A stretch of DNA of 55,884 nucleotides from Bacteroidales bacterium (GCA_045600905.1 JAZRYT010000160.1:1-55884); one strand, 5' to 3'; counted from the stretch's first letter, positions 1-8,805 are shown. The notes: generated by a model not told the origin, from the sequence alone. Numbers and translations are program-made.

Positions 1-2
1 TC

Positions 3-785
3 TGCTGCAACAGCGACCGGTTGAGCACACAGGAAATTGACGACATCCATTTCTTTATGGCCGTGCGTTCCATCATCTTCAAACTCACGCGCGGCACTGC
101 CGCCGTCACCGCCTCGGTGAACCGGCACGTGGCAGACCTCATCCGCGTTGCCCTCATTTCGGAACAGGTGGAGGAAATCACCAGAATCGGTGCCAAGGAA
201 GAAGAACTTGACCTTTTCTCCGAGCAGTATATGGAACGGCTCAACCGTCTGAATTTGCCCAACACCAAAGTGAAGCTGATGGAAAAACTCCTTCGGCAGG
301 TTATTGACAAATTGCAGAAAATCAACAAAGCCAAGGGCATTGACTTTTCGCAGCGATTGGAGGCCATCGTAAAGAGTTACAACGACCGCAGCGACAACAC
401 CACGTTAGCCAACGAAGTCATCGACGAAGTGGTATCTCAGATGACGGATTTGCTGGCCGAAATCAACAGTGAGAAAAAGCAGTCGGAAGCGATGGGCATC
501 AGTTATGAAGAAAAATCGTTTTACGACATCTTGATGCTGGTGGCGAAAAAGTACAACTTTGAGTATCCGGAAGACAAGGCCATTGCCTTGGCCAAGGAAA
601 TCAAAGTCATTGTAGATGACAAGGCCAAATACACCGACTGGTCGCGGCGTGAAGACATCAAGGCCGAGCTGAAGATGAACCTGATTCTGCTATTGTCGGA
701 ATATGGTTATCCGCCGTTCGTCAATGACGAGGTTTTCAAGGAAATCCTGGAACAGGCGGAGAATTTCAAGAAGCACAATGGATGA
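3..785 (+). CDS. hsdR: Type I restriction endonuclease subunit R, C-terminal part (DUF3387-like); 5'-truncated by the window edge
   Basis: Frame is open back to base 3. C-terminus (SFYDIL...LAKEIKVIVDDKAKYTDWSRREDIKAELKMNLILLLSEYGYPP...VFKEILEQAENFKK) matches the typical HsdR C-terminal domain. Confidence 0.85.
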   Translation, partial: CCNSDRLSTQEIDDIHFFMAVRSIIFKLTRGTAAVTASVNRHVADLIRVALISEQVEEITRIGAKEEELDLFSEQYMERLNRLNLPNTKVKLMEKLLRQVIDKLQKINKAKGIDFSQRLEAIVKSYNDRSDNTTLANEVIDEVVSQMTDLLAEINSEKKQSEAMGISYEEKSFYDILMLVAKKYNFEYPEDKAIALAKEIKVIVDDKAKYTDWSRREDIKAELKMNLILLLSEYGYPPFVNDEVFKEILEQAENFKKHNG

Positions 786-788
786 TTT

Positions 789-813
789 GTAGAGACGGGG
801 TGCACACCATCTC
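789..813 (+). repeat. Degenerate GTAG-type REP-like palindrome
   Basis: GTAGAGACGGGGTGCACACCATCTC directly after the hsdR stop; related to the copies at 47541 and 49190. Confidence 0.7.
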
Positions 814-882
814 AAAAACACAAACAGTAGCGACGTTGCGCTGATAATAATATTGCCGTAATGGCGATAATTGATGCCTATT

Positions 883-911
883 GTAGAGGCGTATCGCGAT
901 GGGGAAATACG
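883..911 (+). repeat. Truncated GTAG-type REP-like hairpin (left arm plus start of right arm)
   Basis: GTAGAGGCGTAT-cgcgatggggaa-ATACG. The expected CCTCTAC end is replaced by the hppA-derived segment. Confidence 0.45.
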
Positions 912-1192
912 ATGGATACCATACTCATCAATTTGATAAGGATGTTCAAGGACGGACCGGATGTGTCTTTGAACGGGTTACCAACGGTGTCGCCAAAGAC
1001 GGTAGCCTTGTGGCTGTCAGAACCCTTGCCACCGAAGTTGCCTTCTTCGATATACTTCTTGGCATTGTCCCAAGCACAACCGGAGTTGGCCATGAAGATA
1101 GCCAATACGAAACCGCAACCCTGACCGCCAACGAGCAGACCGAGAATACCAGCAACGCCGAAGATGACACCCGTCAAAATCGGAGCGAGGAT
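908..1192 (-). pseudogene. Non-functional 285-bp direct copy of part of the hppA 3' region
   Basis: Ungapped alignment to 1911-2195 with 14 substitutions (about 95% identity): 8 non-synonymous, 6 synonymous. Confidence 0.95.
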
Positions 1193-1427
1193 TGAAGACC
1201 ACATCGTAACTCTTACCGACACCGTGATGCGCATCATTCTGGAAGCGATGGGCATCCCGAAACTGTGGACCAAACCGACGGATGTGGAGGCCTTGCGCGG
1301 CAATCTCGACACGACGCTGCGTTTCTCTGGCATTCCGAAGCTGAAATAGAACAGCGATGCCATCGTGAGCGAACTTATCAAGTTGGCTAAGAGCAACGAG
1401 AGCGCACTAAGGAGGGGGGCGAAATAA
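1193..1427 (+). pseudogene. C-terminal remnant of a probable second HsdR-family gene with an in-frame TAG
   Basis: Translates [77 protein letters not shown], which resembles HsdR C-termini. No 5' part is present. Confidence 0.55.
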
Positions 1428-1664
1428 ATTTAACAAATGTCATAATAAATACTATTCATCCAAGCCGATTTGTATAAAAATAAGTGTGTTTTTGCATCGT
1501 GAATTTTTATAACATTCAATATATTATATGTTATTGAAATAGATACGTTTAGCAAAAGCAACCATTGTTTTAATTGTCTGGAGCAACAAAAAAAACATTA
1601 GCAGAGACGATTACAGTAGCACTTTTCAAGATATTGTGACGTTAGATGCATTGTTTGTAGAAAT

Positions 1665-1781
1665 ATGAAAATCGGTAGTTTGGACATAGCAATCCGTCGC
1701 TCGGCGCGCAAGAGAACTATTACGGTCAATGTTGAGCGCGATGGCAGTGTGATAACCGCAGCAAACAAACCTGAAACCTGA
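1665..1781 (+). pseudogene. N-terminal remnant of a DUF45/YgjP-like (M48/SprT) metallopeptidase
   Basis: 38-aa [38 protein letters not shown]. The RSxRxxTxxxxVERDGSV pattern is typical of DUF45 N-termini, which often follow hsdR. It is cut off where the AAACCTG repeat begins. Confidence 0.6.
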
Positions 1782-1785
1782 AACC

Positions 1786-1826
1786 AAAAGAGCGTCCCCC
1801 ACAAATTGCAGAGGACGCTCTTTTTT
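1786..1826 (-). terminator. Intrinsic, probably bidirectional, terminator downstream of hppA
   Basis: AAAAGAGCGTCC...GGACGCTCTTTT inverted repeat with A/T tracts on both sides. Confidence 0.85.
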
Positions 1827-1874
1827 GTTTATTATTCAATCAGTTCACTGTTTTCAGTTCACTGACCTCTATTC

Positions 1875-4106
1875 CTACAACAAGGAGAATGCTACGGTAA
1901 GACCAGCCATTACGATGGATACCATACTCATCAATTTGATAAGGATGTTCAAGGAAGGACCGGATGTGTCTTTGAACGGGTCACCAACGGTGTCGCCAAC
2001 GACGGTAGCCTTGTGGTTGTCAGAACCCTTGCCACCGAAGTTGCCTTCTTCGACATACTTCTTAGCATTGTCCCAAGCACCACCGGAGTTGGCCATGAAG
2101 ATAGCCAATACGAAACCACAACCCAGACCGCCAACAAGCAGACCGAGAACACCTGCCACGCCGAGGATGACACCCGTCAAAATCGGAGCGAGGATGGCGA
2201 GGATGGACGGCAACAACATTTCGTGTTGAGCACCCTTTGTGGAAATAGCCACGCAACGTGCGTAGTCAGGAGTACCTTCACCCGTGAGGATACCCTTGAT
2301 TTCGCGGAATTGGCGACGAACTTCTTCCACCATCTTCTGTGCAGCACGACCTACAGCGTTCATCGTAAGACCGCAGAACAGGAAGGCCATCATAGAGCCA
2401 ATGAATACGCCGACGAGCACTTTCGGGTTCATCAAGCTGACATTGTACCAGCTCATAAAGTCGATAAGAGTAGCGCTAGAAAGTTCTTCAGCCGTCTTTT
2501 CAACTCCTTCAGCAACGTATGCCAAACCGTCAGAAGCGCCATCAGCGATACGGATGAGGGCCATCTTGATTTCTTCTACGTAGGAAGCAAGCAATGCGAG
2601 AGCGGTCAAAGCAGCAGAACCGATAGCGAAACCTTTACCTGTAGCAGCGGTAGTGTTGCCAAGTGCGTCGAGAGCGTCGGTACGTTTACGTACTTCAGGT
2701 TCAAGACCGCTCATTTCAGCGTTACCACCGGCGTTGTCGGCGATAGGACCGTAAGCGTCCGTAGCCAATGTGATGCCGAGGGTGGAAAGCATACCTACAG
2801 CGGCAATACCGATACCGTACAAACCGAGAGAAAGGTTTTGAGCGGTGAAGGCGATTTGGAAACCGTTAGCGCACAAGAAAGCGAGGATGATTGCGATACC
2901 AATAGTGAGCACCGGAATCACGGTGGAAATCATACCCAAGCCAAGTCCGGAGATAATAACGGTAGCCGGACCAGTTTGAGAAGATTCAGCAACCTTTTGT
3001 GTCGGTTTGTAAGATTGGGAAGTGTAGTATTCTGTGGATTTACCAATAATCACACCAGCGAGAAGGCCGACTACGACAGAGAGGGAAACGTGCCACCACA
3101 TAGGGTCTTCAGTACCGAAAACGAGTGCGAAAATCACGAATGTGGCGATTGCGATAAGGACAGCAGCAGTGTTTGTACCACGGCTGAGGGCCTTGAGCAA
3201 TTGGGTCATGTTAGCTTCTTCTTTCGTACGAACGATGAAGATGCCGATGATGGAAAGGATGACGCCGACAGCGGCAATCATCATCGGAGCGAGGATGGAT
3301 TTCATCTGCATTTCAACACCGATAGTGGCGAAAGCAGCAGCACCGAGAGCCATCGTGGAGAGGATGGAACCAGCGTAGGATTCGTAAAGGTCAGCGCCCA
3401 TACCGGCAACGTCGCCTACGTTGTCACCAACGTTGTCAGCGATAGTAGCAGGGTTGCGTGGGTCATCTTCAGGAATGTTGAATTCCGTCTTACCAACGAG
3501 GTCGGCGCCCACGTCAGCAGCCTTGGTGTAGATACCGCCGCCGACACGTGCGAACAGAGCCTGTGTGGAAGCACCCATACCGAAGGTCAGCATCGTAGTG
3601 GTGATGATGACGAGATGGTTGGTTTCAGGAATGCAGGCGTTGAGGATGAGGAACCATGCGGAGACATCCAAAAGGGCGAGACCAACAACCGTGAGGCCCA
3701 TGACAGCACCACTACGGAAAGCCACTTGCAAACCTTTGTTCAAGGATTGGCGAGCGCCGTTAGCGGTACGTGCAGATGCGTAGGTGGCGGTCTTCATACC
3801 GAGGAAGCCTGCCAAACCGGAGAAGAAACCGCCGGTGAGGAATGCGAACCATACCCAGCCGTTCTGCAAATCGAACAAGGACATTACAAAGAACAAAACA
3901 GCCAAGATGATGAACACGATGGTCACCACTTTGTACTGCTGTTTCAGATAGGCCATGGCGCCTTTGCGCACGTGAGCCGCGATTTCGCGCATAGTGGGCG
4001 TACCTTCATCTTCTTTCAGCATTCTGCGATAGAAGAAAAATGCAAAACCCAGCGCCACGATGGATGCGACGAACACAATCCATACATACTTTACAAGATT
4101 TTCCAT
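1875..4106 (-). CDS. hppA: Membrane-integral pyrophosphatase, K+-dependent, probably Na+,H+-translocating subfamily
   Basis: 743 aa multi-TM protein with [32 protein letters not shown] (K+-dependent Ala) and [14 protein letters not shown] motifs. Confidence 0.97.
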   Translation of the reverse strand: MENLVKYVWIVFVASIVALGFAFFFYRRMLKEDEGTPTMREIAAHVRKGAMAYLKQQYKVVTIVFIILAVLFFVMSLFDLQNGWVWFAFLTGGFFSGLAGFLGMKTATYASARTANGARQSLNKGLQVAFRSGAVMGLTVVGLALLDVSAWFLILNACIPETNHLVIITTTMLTFGMGASTQALFARVGGGIYTKAADVGADLVGKTEFNIPEDDPRNPATIADNVGDNVGDVAGMGADLYESYAGSILSTMALGAAAFATIGVEMQMKSILAPMMIAAVGVILSIIGIFIVRTKEEANMTQLLKALSRGTNTAAVLIAIATFVIFALVFGTEDPMWWHVSLSVVVGLLAGVIIGKSTEYYTSQSYKPTQKVAESSQTGPATVIISGLGLGMISTVIPVLTIGIAIILAFLCANGFQIAFTAQNLSLGLYGIGIAAVGMLSTLGITLATDAYGPIADNAGGNAEMSGLEPEVRKRTDALDALGNTTAATGKGFAIGSAALTALALLASYVEEIKMALIRIADGASDGLAYVAEGVEKTAEELSSATLIDFMSWYNVSLMNPKVLVGVFIGSMMAFLFCGLTMNAVGRAAQKMVEEVRRQFREIKGILTGEGTPDYARCVAISTKGAQHEMLLPSILAILAPILTGVILGVAGVLGLLVGGLGCGFVLAIFMANSGGAWDNAKKYVEEGNFGGKGSDNHKATVVGDTVGDPFKDTSGPSLNILIKLMSMVSIVMAGLTVAFSLL

Positions 4107-4177
4107 AAATAAAATTGATTTAAAGTGTTAATAATTAGAATTTTATAAAAATTTTTCGTTAGAATTTTTCAAAACCG

Positions 4178-4185
4178 CAAAACTA
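4178..4185 (-). promoter_or_regulatory. Bacteroidota -7 promoter box for hppA
   Basis: TAGTTTTG on the minus strand about 70 bp upstream of the start. Confidence 0.7.
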
Positions 4186-4219
4186 AATAAAAAATCGCAT
4201 AATAGAAAATTTAATTTGT

Positions 4220-4422
4220 AAAAAGAACCTCCCAGACTGCGATTTTTCCGCAGTAAATAAATAATTGTATCACCGCCCCAAAAATCAGATCACAGTTCAC
4301 AGATCACTGCTCACTACTACAAAAAGAACCTCCTTAACTGTAGCTTTATACACCTTTTCCAAAAAACACTGTCGTCTGATTCTCGAAAAATCAGATCACA
4401 GATCACTGCTCACAGTTCACTA
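4220..4422. repeat. Two imperfect ~101-bp tandem units with heptamer tracts
   Basis: AAAAAGAACCTCC at 4220 and 4321. AAAAATCAGATCACAG plus period-7 tracts at 4284-4318 and 4390-4422. Confidence 0.65.
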
Positions 4423-6111
4423 TTTCGTGTTTCCGATTAGGATGCCGGAAACGCTCCAGGAGCTGAAGCTGCTGCCTTCGGGTTCGCCTTGTGGAATGGC
4501 AATGGTCATCGTGTGTCTGCCTGGCTGGAGTCCGGACAAATCGAAATATACGGGTTGTGTGGCTGTGCCCGGGCACCATCCGCTGCGCGAGTAGTCGGAG
4601 GAGGACATCCCGTTCCAGAAGTTTCCGGACGCGGGATTGAAAGTCCGAAACGTTCCGCAGTCGCAGCGCCACGGCGTATAGATAAAGCGGGGCTCGCCGT
4701 CAATGAGTATGGTGTTGGCCTTGGGCACGAACTCGTCGCCGGTGTCCCATCCGCCGTGCCCGGTGGTGATGTAGCGAAGACGCAGGTTTTCAACGTTTTC
4801 GGGCACTTCAAACGTGACGTTTAGCGAGTCGGTGCGGAAAAGGCGGCCGTAGTTTTGTCCGGCCATCTCCATCACGTTGCAGGTGTTGAACAATGGAATG
4901 GCGAATTGCTTGCCGAGGCCCGTGGTGTCCCAGCTCTCTCCTTCGGGATAAGCCTTGATGGTAAGGGATAGCTTGTGCCCGCCGCCATCGTAATTGCCGA
5001 TGAAAGCGCCGATGATGACCTCATCCCCAAACGCGGCGCGCAGGTCGCTGATGTCCTGTTTGTAAAGCGTGGCATCTTCCCATTCGCGGTCATCCAAAGA
5101 ACGGTACTGGTTGTAATGACGGATGCCGAATGGCGTGAAGAAACGGATTAATTCCACAACGGGCAGGTAGTCGTCTGTTTTGACCATGCCCTGGTATTTG
5201 CCGCCGTCCTTGTCGGTGAAGTAGGGGAGAGCGTCCGTCCCGTTGGCTTTCAGCCCATCTAACAGACTCTGTTTTTTCGAGGTGGGAATGAGAAAGATGG
5301 AACCTGTCCGGTCGTAGGCATCCCCATTGGAATATTGCGTGACTTCGGCAAACAGTTGGTAGTGGGTAGGCAATGCGTCCCATCTGATTTTCTTCAAGAT
5401 AACGGTGCCGTTGGCGAATGTGAGCGTCGTGTCAAAGCCGACTTCCGTGGGCACAGGGATTTTGGGATTGAAGCAGATTTGGTCCTCTTTGAAAACAGGT
5501 ATGGTAATGACTAATTTGTCCTTTTCCAGTTGGTTGAGTTGTGCGGCGGTTTTCGTTGTGCCGAAGTCTTGCGGAAAGATATTGCTGAGCTTTTTGTCTT
5601 TGGTGACTTTCGCCAACTGGGTGACGGCGTTCCCGTTGCGGCAGTATTTGACTAATACGCCGGGTAAATTGCCGAAGCTGGCCGACGGTGTGGCGCGGAA
5701 ATTCAAGTCCTGCGTGAACCATAGCTCTATCTTGTTGGAAAATAGGACGATGGAGTATTTTGTGCAGTTGTATCCATTGATTTTTTCAGTGCCTTCTTCT
5801 TTGTATTCGTTGTCGTTCTTCAACGAGCGTCCGGTACAATATTGCTCCTTGTCGCTGTAGAAAAGTTGGCTGATGACTGTGTCGTTGGCATAATCGACGT
5901 AGGTGAAATGTTGGGCCATTCCTGGAATGGGATGCTCAATGGGCTTGTCTCCGGATTGGATACGGATGCGGTCGCCTACGCGTAGCACTTCTGTCTTGGA
6001 AGTGTCGTTCCCGCCCAAGCTAAAACTCTCATACATCAAATGTTGCTGTGCGTTTGCTGATAAAAGAAAGGAACTGATAATAATAAAGGAGGTAAGTATT
6101 TTTTTATTCAT
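4420..6111 (-). CDS. Peptide-N-glycosidase F family protein with N-terminal GLPGLI-like domain (PNGase F-II architecture), secreted
   Basis: Signal peptide ...SANA/QQ, GNLPGVLVK segment, then YDRTGSIF, ITTGHGGW..GDEF, NPASGNF and SRSGWCPG motifs. Likely start MNKKILTS at 6111. Confidence 0.85.
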   Translation of the reverse strand: MNKKILTSFIIISSFLLSANAQQHLMYESFSLGGNDTSKTEVLRVGDRIRIQSGDKPIEHPIPGMAQHFTYVDYANDTVISQLFYSDKEQYCTGRSLKNDNEYKEEGTEKINGYNCTKYSIVLFSNKIELWFTQDLNFRATPSASFGNLPGVLVKYCRNGNAVTQLAKVTKDKKLSNIFPQDFGTTKTAAQLNQLEKDKLVITIPVFKEDQICFNPKIPVPTEVGFDTTLTFANGTVILKKIRWDALPTHYQLFAEVTQYSNGDAYDRTGSIFLIPTSKKQSLLDGLKANGTDALPYFTDKDGGKYQGMVKTDDYLPVVELIRFFTPFGIRHYNQYRSLDDREWEDATLYKQDISDLRAAFGDEVIIGAFIGNYDGGGHKLSLTIKAYPEGESWDTTGLGKQFAIPLFNTCNVMEMAGQNYGRLFRTDSLNVTFEVPENVENLRLRYITTGHGGWDTGDEFVPKANTILIDGEPRFIYTPWRCDCGTFRTFNPASGNFWNGMSSSDYSRSGWCPGTATQPVYFDLSGLQPGRHTMTIAIPQGEPEGSSFSSWSVSGILIGNTK

Positions 6112-6135
6112 ATTAGAAGGTTTTAAATTGCGCCG

Positions 6136-6143
6136 CAAAGGTA
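6136..6143 (-). promoter_or_regulatory. -7 promoter box for the PNGase gene
   Basis: TACCTTTG on the minus strand 25 bp upstream of the start. Confidence 0.7.
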
Positions 6144-6148
6144 GAAAA

Positions 6149-6280
6149 TAATGCGATATTGCGATAATGCGATATTGCGATAATGAGATATTGCGATAAT
6201 GAGATAATGCGGGAATGCGATAAAAGGGTTAATGGTTAAAGGTTAAGGGGGAATGGTGAGTGGTGAATGGTGAATGGTTG
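6149..6280. repeat. Degenerate octamer (ATGCGATA/TTGCGATA, about 9 copies) and heptamer (GGTTAAT, GGTGAAT) tandem tracts
   Basis: Periodicity is directly visible in the sequence. Confidence 0.9.
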
Positions 6281-6398
6281 GGCTTCCTTATGGACAATCT
6301 TTATAATTCATTCTGAATCATTGATACTTTTTGAAGTGGATTTTAAAATAGATTTTCCATTGGATTTTAAGGAGTCTGAAAGACGACGACCTGAAAGA

Positions 6399-6423
6399 AG
6401 CCGGTTCGTCCGGCTATTTTTTT
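6399..6423 (+). terminator. Intrinsic terminator-like hairpin, possibly bidirectional
   Basis: AGCCGG-ttcgt-CCGGCT followed by ATTTTTTT. Confidence 0.6.
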
Positions 6424-6514
6424 GTGGATTTTCATTGTGATTTTAAAACACGCATAAGCGACATAGTGCTATACCGAAGGCCGTAACCATATTCATTGTT
6501 CATTATTTATTGTT

Positions 6515-6700
6515 CCTGCGCATTTTTTGAAAAGCTTCTAGCTAACCTCCGTTGGGACGATATACAGTTCAACACTGTCGTTAGTTTCACGCCGTTCTGT
6601 GGCGGCCCGATATCACATCTTGTACACTGAGTAATAACGCTGTGGATCGTCTAAAAACAGTTAGGATTCCATTTGCCCTTTCACACTCGAAAATGTGTTG
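6515..6700 (-). ncRNA. Putative 6S-like rod-shaped RNA (~185 nt)
   Basis: Nested complementary segments CATTT/AAATG, TGAAAGG/CTTTTCA, CTAACT/GGTTAG, GACGAT/ATCGTC, ACAG/CTGT and CGCC/GGCG, separated by internal bubbles. No plausible CDS here. Confidence 0.4.
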
Positions 6701-6745
6701 CGAAAGCACTGATTTTTTATGCTGAACAACAAAAAACATTTTTTG

Positions 6746-6753
6746 TATCTTTG
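6746..6753 (+). promoter_or_regulatory. -7 promoter box for the CoA-transferase/bcd/etf cluster
   Basis: TATCTTTG about 55 bp upstream of the ATG at 6808. Confidence 0.7.
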
Positions 6754-6807
6754 CCCGCCCTAAAATGAGCAACTTATTTGAATAGTATAAACTTAAAATA
6801 TTTAGTT

Positions 6808-7467
6808 ATGGATAAAGCTCAAATACGCGAAACTATCGCTAAAAGAGTCGCTAAAGAACTCAATGACGGCGATGTAGTCAATCTGGGTATCGGTCTGCCG
6901 ACCATGGTTCCCAACTATTTACCGAACGATGTACACGTGATTTTGCAAACCGAAAACGGTATGCTCGGAATGGGTCCCACACCCGAAGAAGGCAAGGAAG
7001 ACACGAATCTCATCAATTCCGGTGGCGGATTCATCACCGCACAACCGGGCGCTGTATCTTTCAGCTCCGCCGACTCTTTCTGTATGGTAAGAGGCGGTCA
7101 CGTCGATAAAACCATCCTCGGTGCTATGCAGGTCGCTGAAAACGGCGACATCGCAAACTGGATGGTCCCTGGCAAAATGGTAGCCGGTATGGGCGGCGCT
7201 ATGGACCTGATGCAGGCCAAAACCGTCATCGTGGCTATGGAACACACCCAAAAGGGCAATCCTAAAATCTTACACACCTGTAACCTCCCGCTTACAGCTA
7301 AAAACGCTGTCAGCCTCATCGTTACCGAAATGGGTGTCATCAAAGTTACTGAAAACGGCCTCGTCCTCACCGAACTCAACCCCGAGTTCACTTTGGATGA
7401 TGTGAAAGCCGCTACAGAAGCTGACTTCACGGTTGCTCCCGACCTCAAACCGATGCAACTAGACTAA
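6808..7467 (+). CDS. 3-oxoacid/butyrate-acetoacetate CoA-transferase subunit B (AtoA/CtfB-like)
   Basis: VNLGIGLPT, catalytic LQTENG, ILGAMQV...GDIANW, GMGGAMDL and CNLPLT motifs. Confidence 0.92.
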   Translation: MDKAQIRETIAKRVAKELNDGDVVNLGIGLPTMVPNYLPNDVHVILQTENGMLGMGPTPEEGKEDTNLINSGGGFITAQPGAVSFSSADSFCMVRGGHVDKTILGAMQVAENGDIANWMVPGKMVAGMGGAMDLMQAKTVIVAMEHTQKGNPKILHTCNLPLTAKNAVSLIVTEMGVIKVTENGLVLTELNPEFTLDDVKAATEADFTVAPDLKPMQLD

Positions 7468-7549
7468 GCCGTTAAATTTCGGGAATATTCCTGATTTTTA
7501 GTTTGAACAAAGTTGAATACAATTATTTACTTAACCCAAATATCTAAAA

Positions 7550-8689
7550 ATGGATTTTAGCTTAAACAAAAGAGAAGAACTTTTCCTGCAGATGATTCGC
7601 GAGTTTGCTGAAAACGAAGTCAAACCGTTGGCAGCCGAAATCGACGAACAAGAACGTTTCCCTATGGAGACGGTGGAAAAAATGGCCAAGATAGGCATTA
7701 TGGGTATTCCTATTCCCGTAGAATACGGCGGACAAGGCGGTACCAATCAAATGTATATAATGGCAGTTGAAGAACTGTCACGCGTATGCGCTACCACAGG
7801 CGTTGTGGTTTCCGCACACACCTCCCTTTGTATGAACCCTATTCTGGAATTCGGTACAGAAGAACAGAAAAAGAAATATTTGCCGAAACTCGCTTCCGGC
7901 GAATGGATTGGCGCTTTCGGTCTGACCGAACCTAACGCCGGTACGGATGCCGCTATGCAGCAGACTACCGCCGTTCTCGATGGTGACGAATGGGTGCTCA
8001 ACGGCAGCAAAATCTTCATCACCAACGCCGGCTACGCACACGTTTATGTCATTATGGCAATGACTGACAAATCCCTCGGAACCAAGGGCATCAGCGCATT
8101 CATCGTTGAAAAGGACACTCCGGGATTCTCCATCGGTAAGAAGGAAAAGAAACTCGGTATCCGCGGTTCTGCCACCTGCGAACTTATTTTCGAAAACTGC
8201 CGCATCCCGAAAGACAACCTCCTCGGCGAACTCGGCAAGGGCTTCAAAATCGCTATGATGACCCTCGGCGGCGGCCGTATCGGTATCGCTTCCCAAGCCC
8301 TCGGTATCGCTCAAGGCGCTATGGATGTGACCGTTAAATACACGAAAGAACGCAAACAGTTCGGCAAGGCTATCGCCCAATTCCAGAACACTCAATTCCA
8401 AATGGCTAACCTCGAAACAAGAGTCCAGGCCGCTCGTCTGCTCGTCCGTCAGGCTGCCTATAAGAAGGATATGCACCTCCCGTATTCTGTAGATGCCGCT
8501 ATGGCTAAACTTTTTGCCGCTGAAACGGCTATGGAAGTCACCACAAAGTGCCTCCAATTCCACGGCGGTTATGGTTACACCAGAGAATACGAAATCGAAA
8601 GAATGATGCGCGACGCTAAGATTACCGAAATCTACGAAGGTACCTCCGAAGTTCAAAGAATGGTCATCTCTGGCAAACTGTTCAAATAA
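7550..8689 (+). CDS. bcd: Acyl-CoA (butyryl-CoA) dehydrogenase
   Basis: FGLTEPNAGTDA, LNGSKIFITN, GGRIGIASQALG, RKQFGK and KITEIYEGTSEVQR motifs; lies next to etfBA. Confidence 0.92.
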   Translation: MDFSLNKREELFLQMIREFAENEVKPLAAEIDEQERFPMETVEKMAKIGIMGIPIPVEYGGQGGTNQMYIMAVEELSRVCATTGVVVSAHTSLCMNPILEFGTEEQKKKYLPKLASGEWIGAFGLTEPNAGTDAAMQQTTAVLDGDEWVLNGSKIFITNAGYAHVYVIMAMTDKSLGTKGISAFIVEKDTPGFSIGKKEKKLGIRGSATCELIFENCRIPKDNLLGELGKGFKIAMMTLGGGRIGIASQALGIAQGAMDVTVKYTKERKQFGKAIAQFQNTQFQMANLETRVQAARLLVRQAAYKKDMHLPYSVDAAMAKLFAAETAMEVTTKCLQFHGGYGYTREYEIERMMRDAKITEIYEGTSEVQRMVISGKLFK

Positions 8690-8805
8690 TTATTAAATTA
8701 TTAAGATGATAAATTATGAAGGTAAGTTGCCTGTCGTGTAATGTCTTTTATAACTTAATGTCTTAATATCTAATATCTTAATAACTTAATAGAAAAAATT
8801 TCACT

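Noticed and set aside
908-1192. Classical attL/attR duplication from integrase-mediated insertion into hppA
   Set aside because: The copy lacks the hppA stop and terminator, lies only about 0.7 kb away, and no integrase is in the window. Not fully excluded, since the island continues to the left.
878-1396. 172-aa minus-strand ORF as a second functional pyrophosphatase
   Set aside because: Only 95 codons are hppA-derived. The rest is the antisense of the hsdR remnant, and a conserved Asp is mutated.
1426-1540. Possible dif/Xer site (ATTTAACA..., ...TATATGTTAT)
   Set aside because: Only partial arm matches with wrong spacing in very AT-rich DNA.
908-2195. Diversity-generating retroelement (TR/VR pair) suggested by a near-identical repeat at a gene's 3' end
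   Set aside because: The 14 mismatches are not adenine-specific in either copy on either strand, and no reverse transcriptase or Avd gene is visible.
2013-4112. 699-aa antisense ORF over hppA, and similar long antisense ORFs over bcd, vor genes, glnS (29820-30791), pheT (38393-39577) and asnS (46368-47504)
   Set aside because: Those checked (hppA, glnS, pheT, asnS) are exactly codon-in-register with the sense gene, as expected when highly expressed genes avoid TTA/CTA/TCA. The translations show no recognisable motifs.
6149-6280. CRISPR array or iteron-type origin
   Set aside because: Repeats are 7-8 bp, contiguous and degenerate, with no spacers, cas genes or rep gene.
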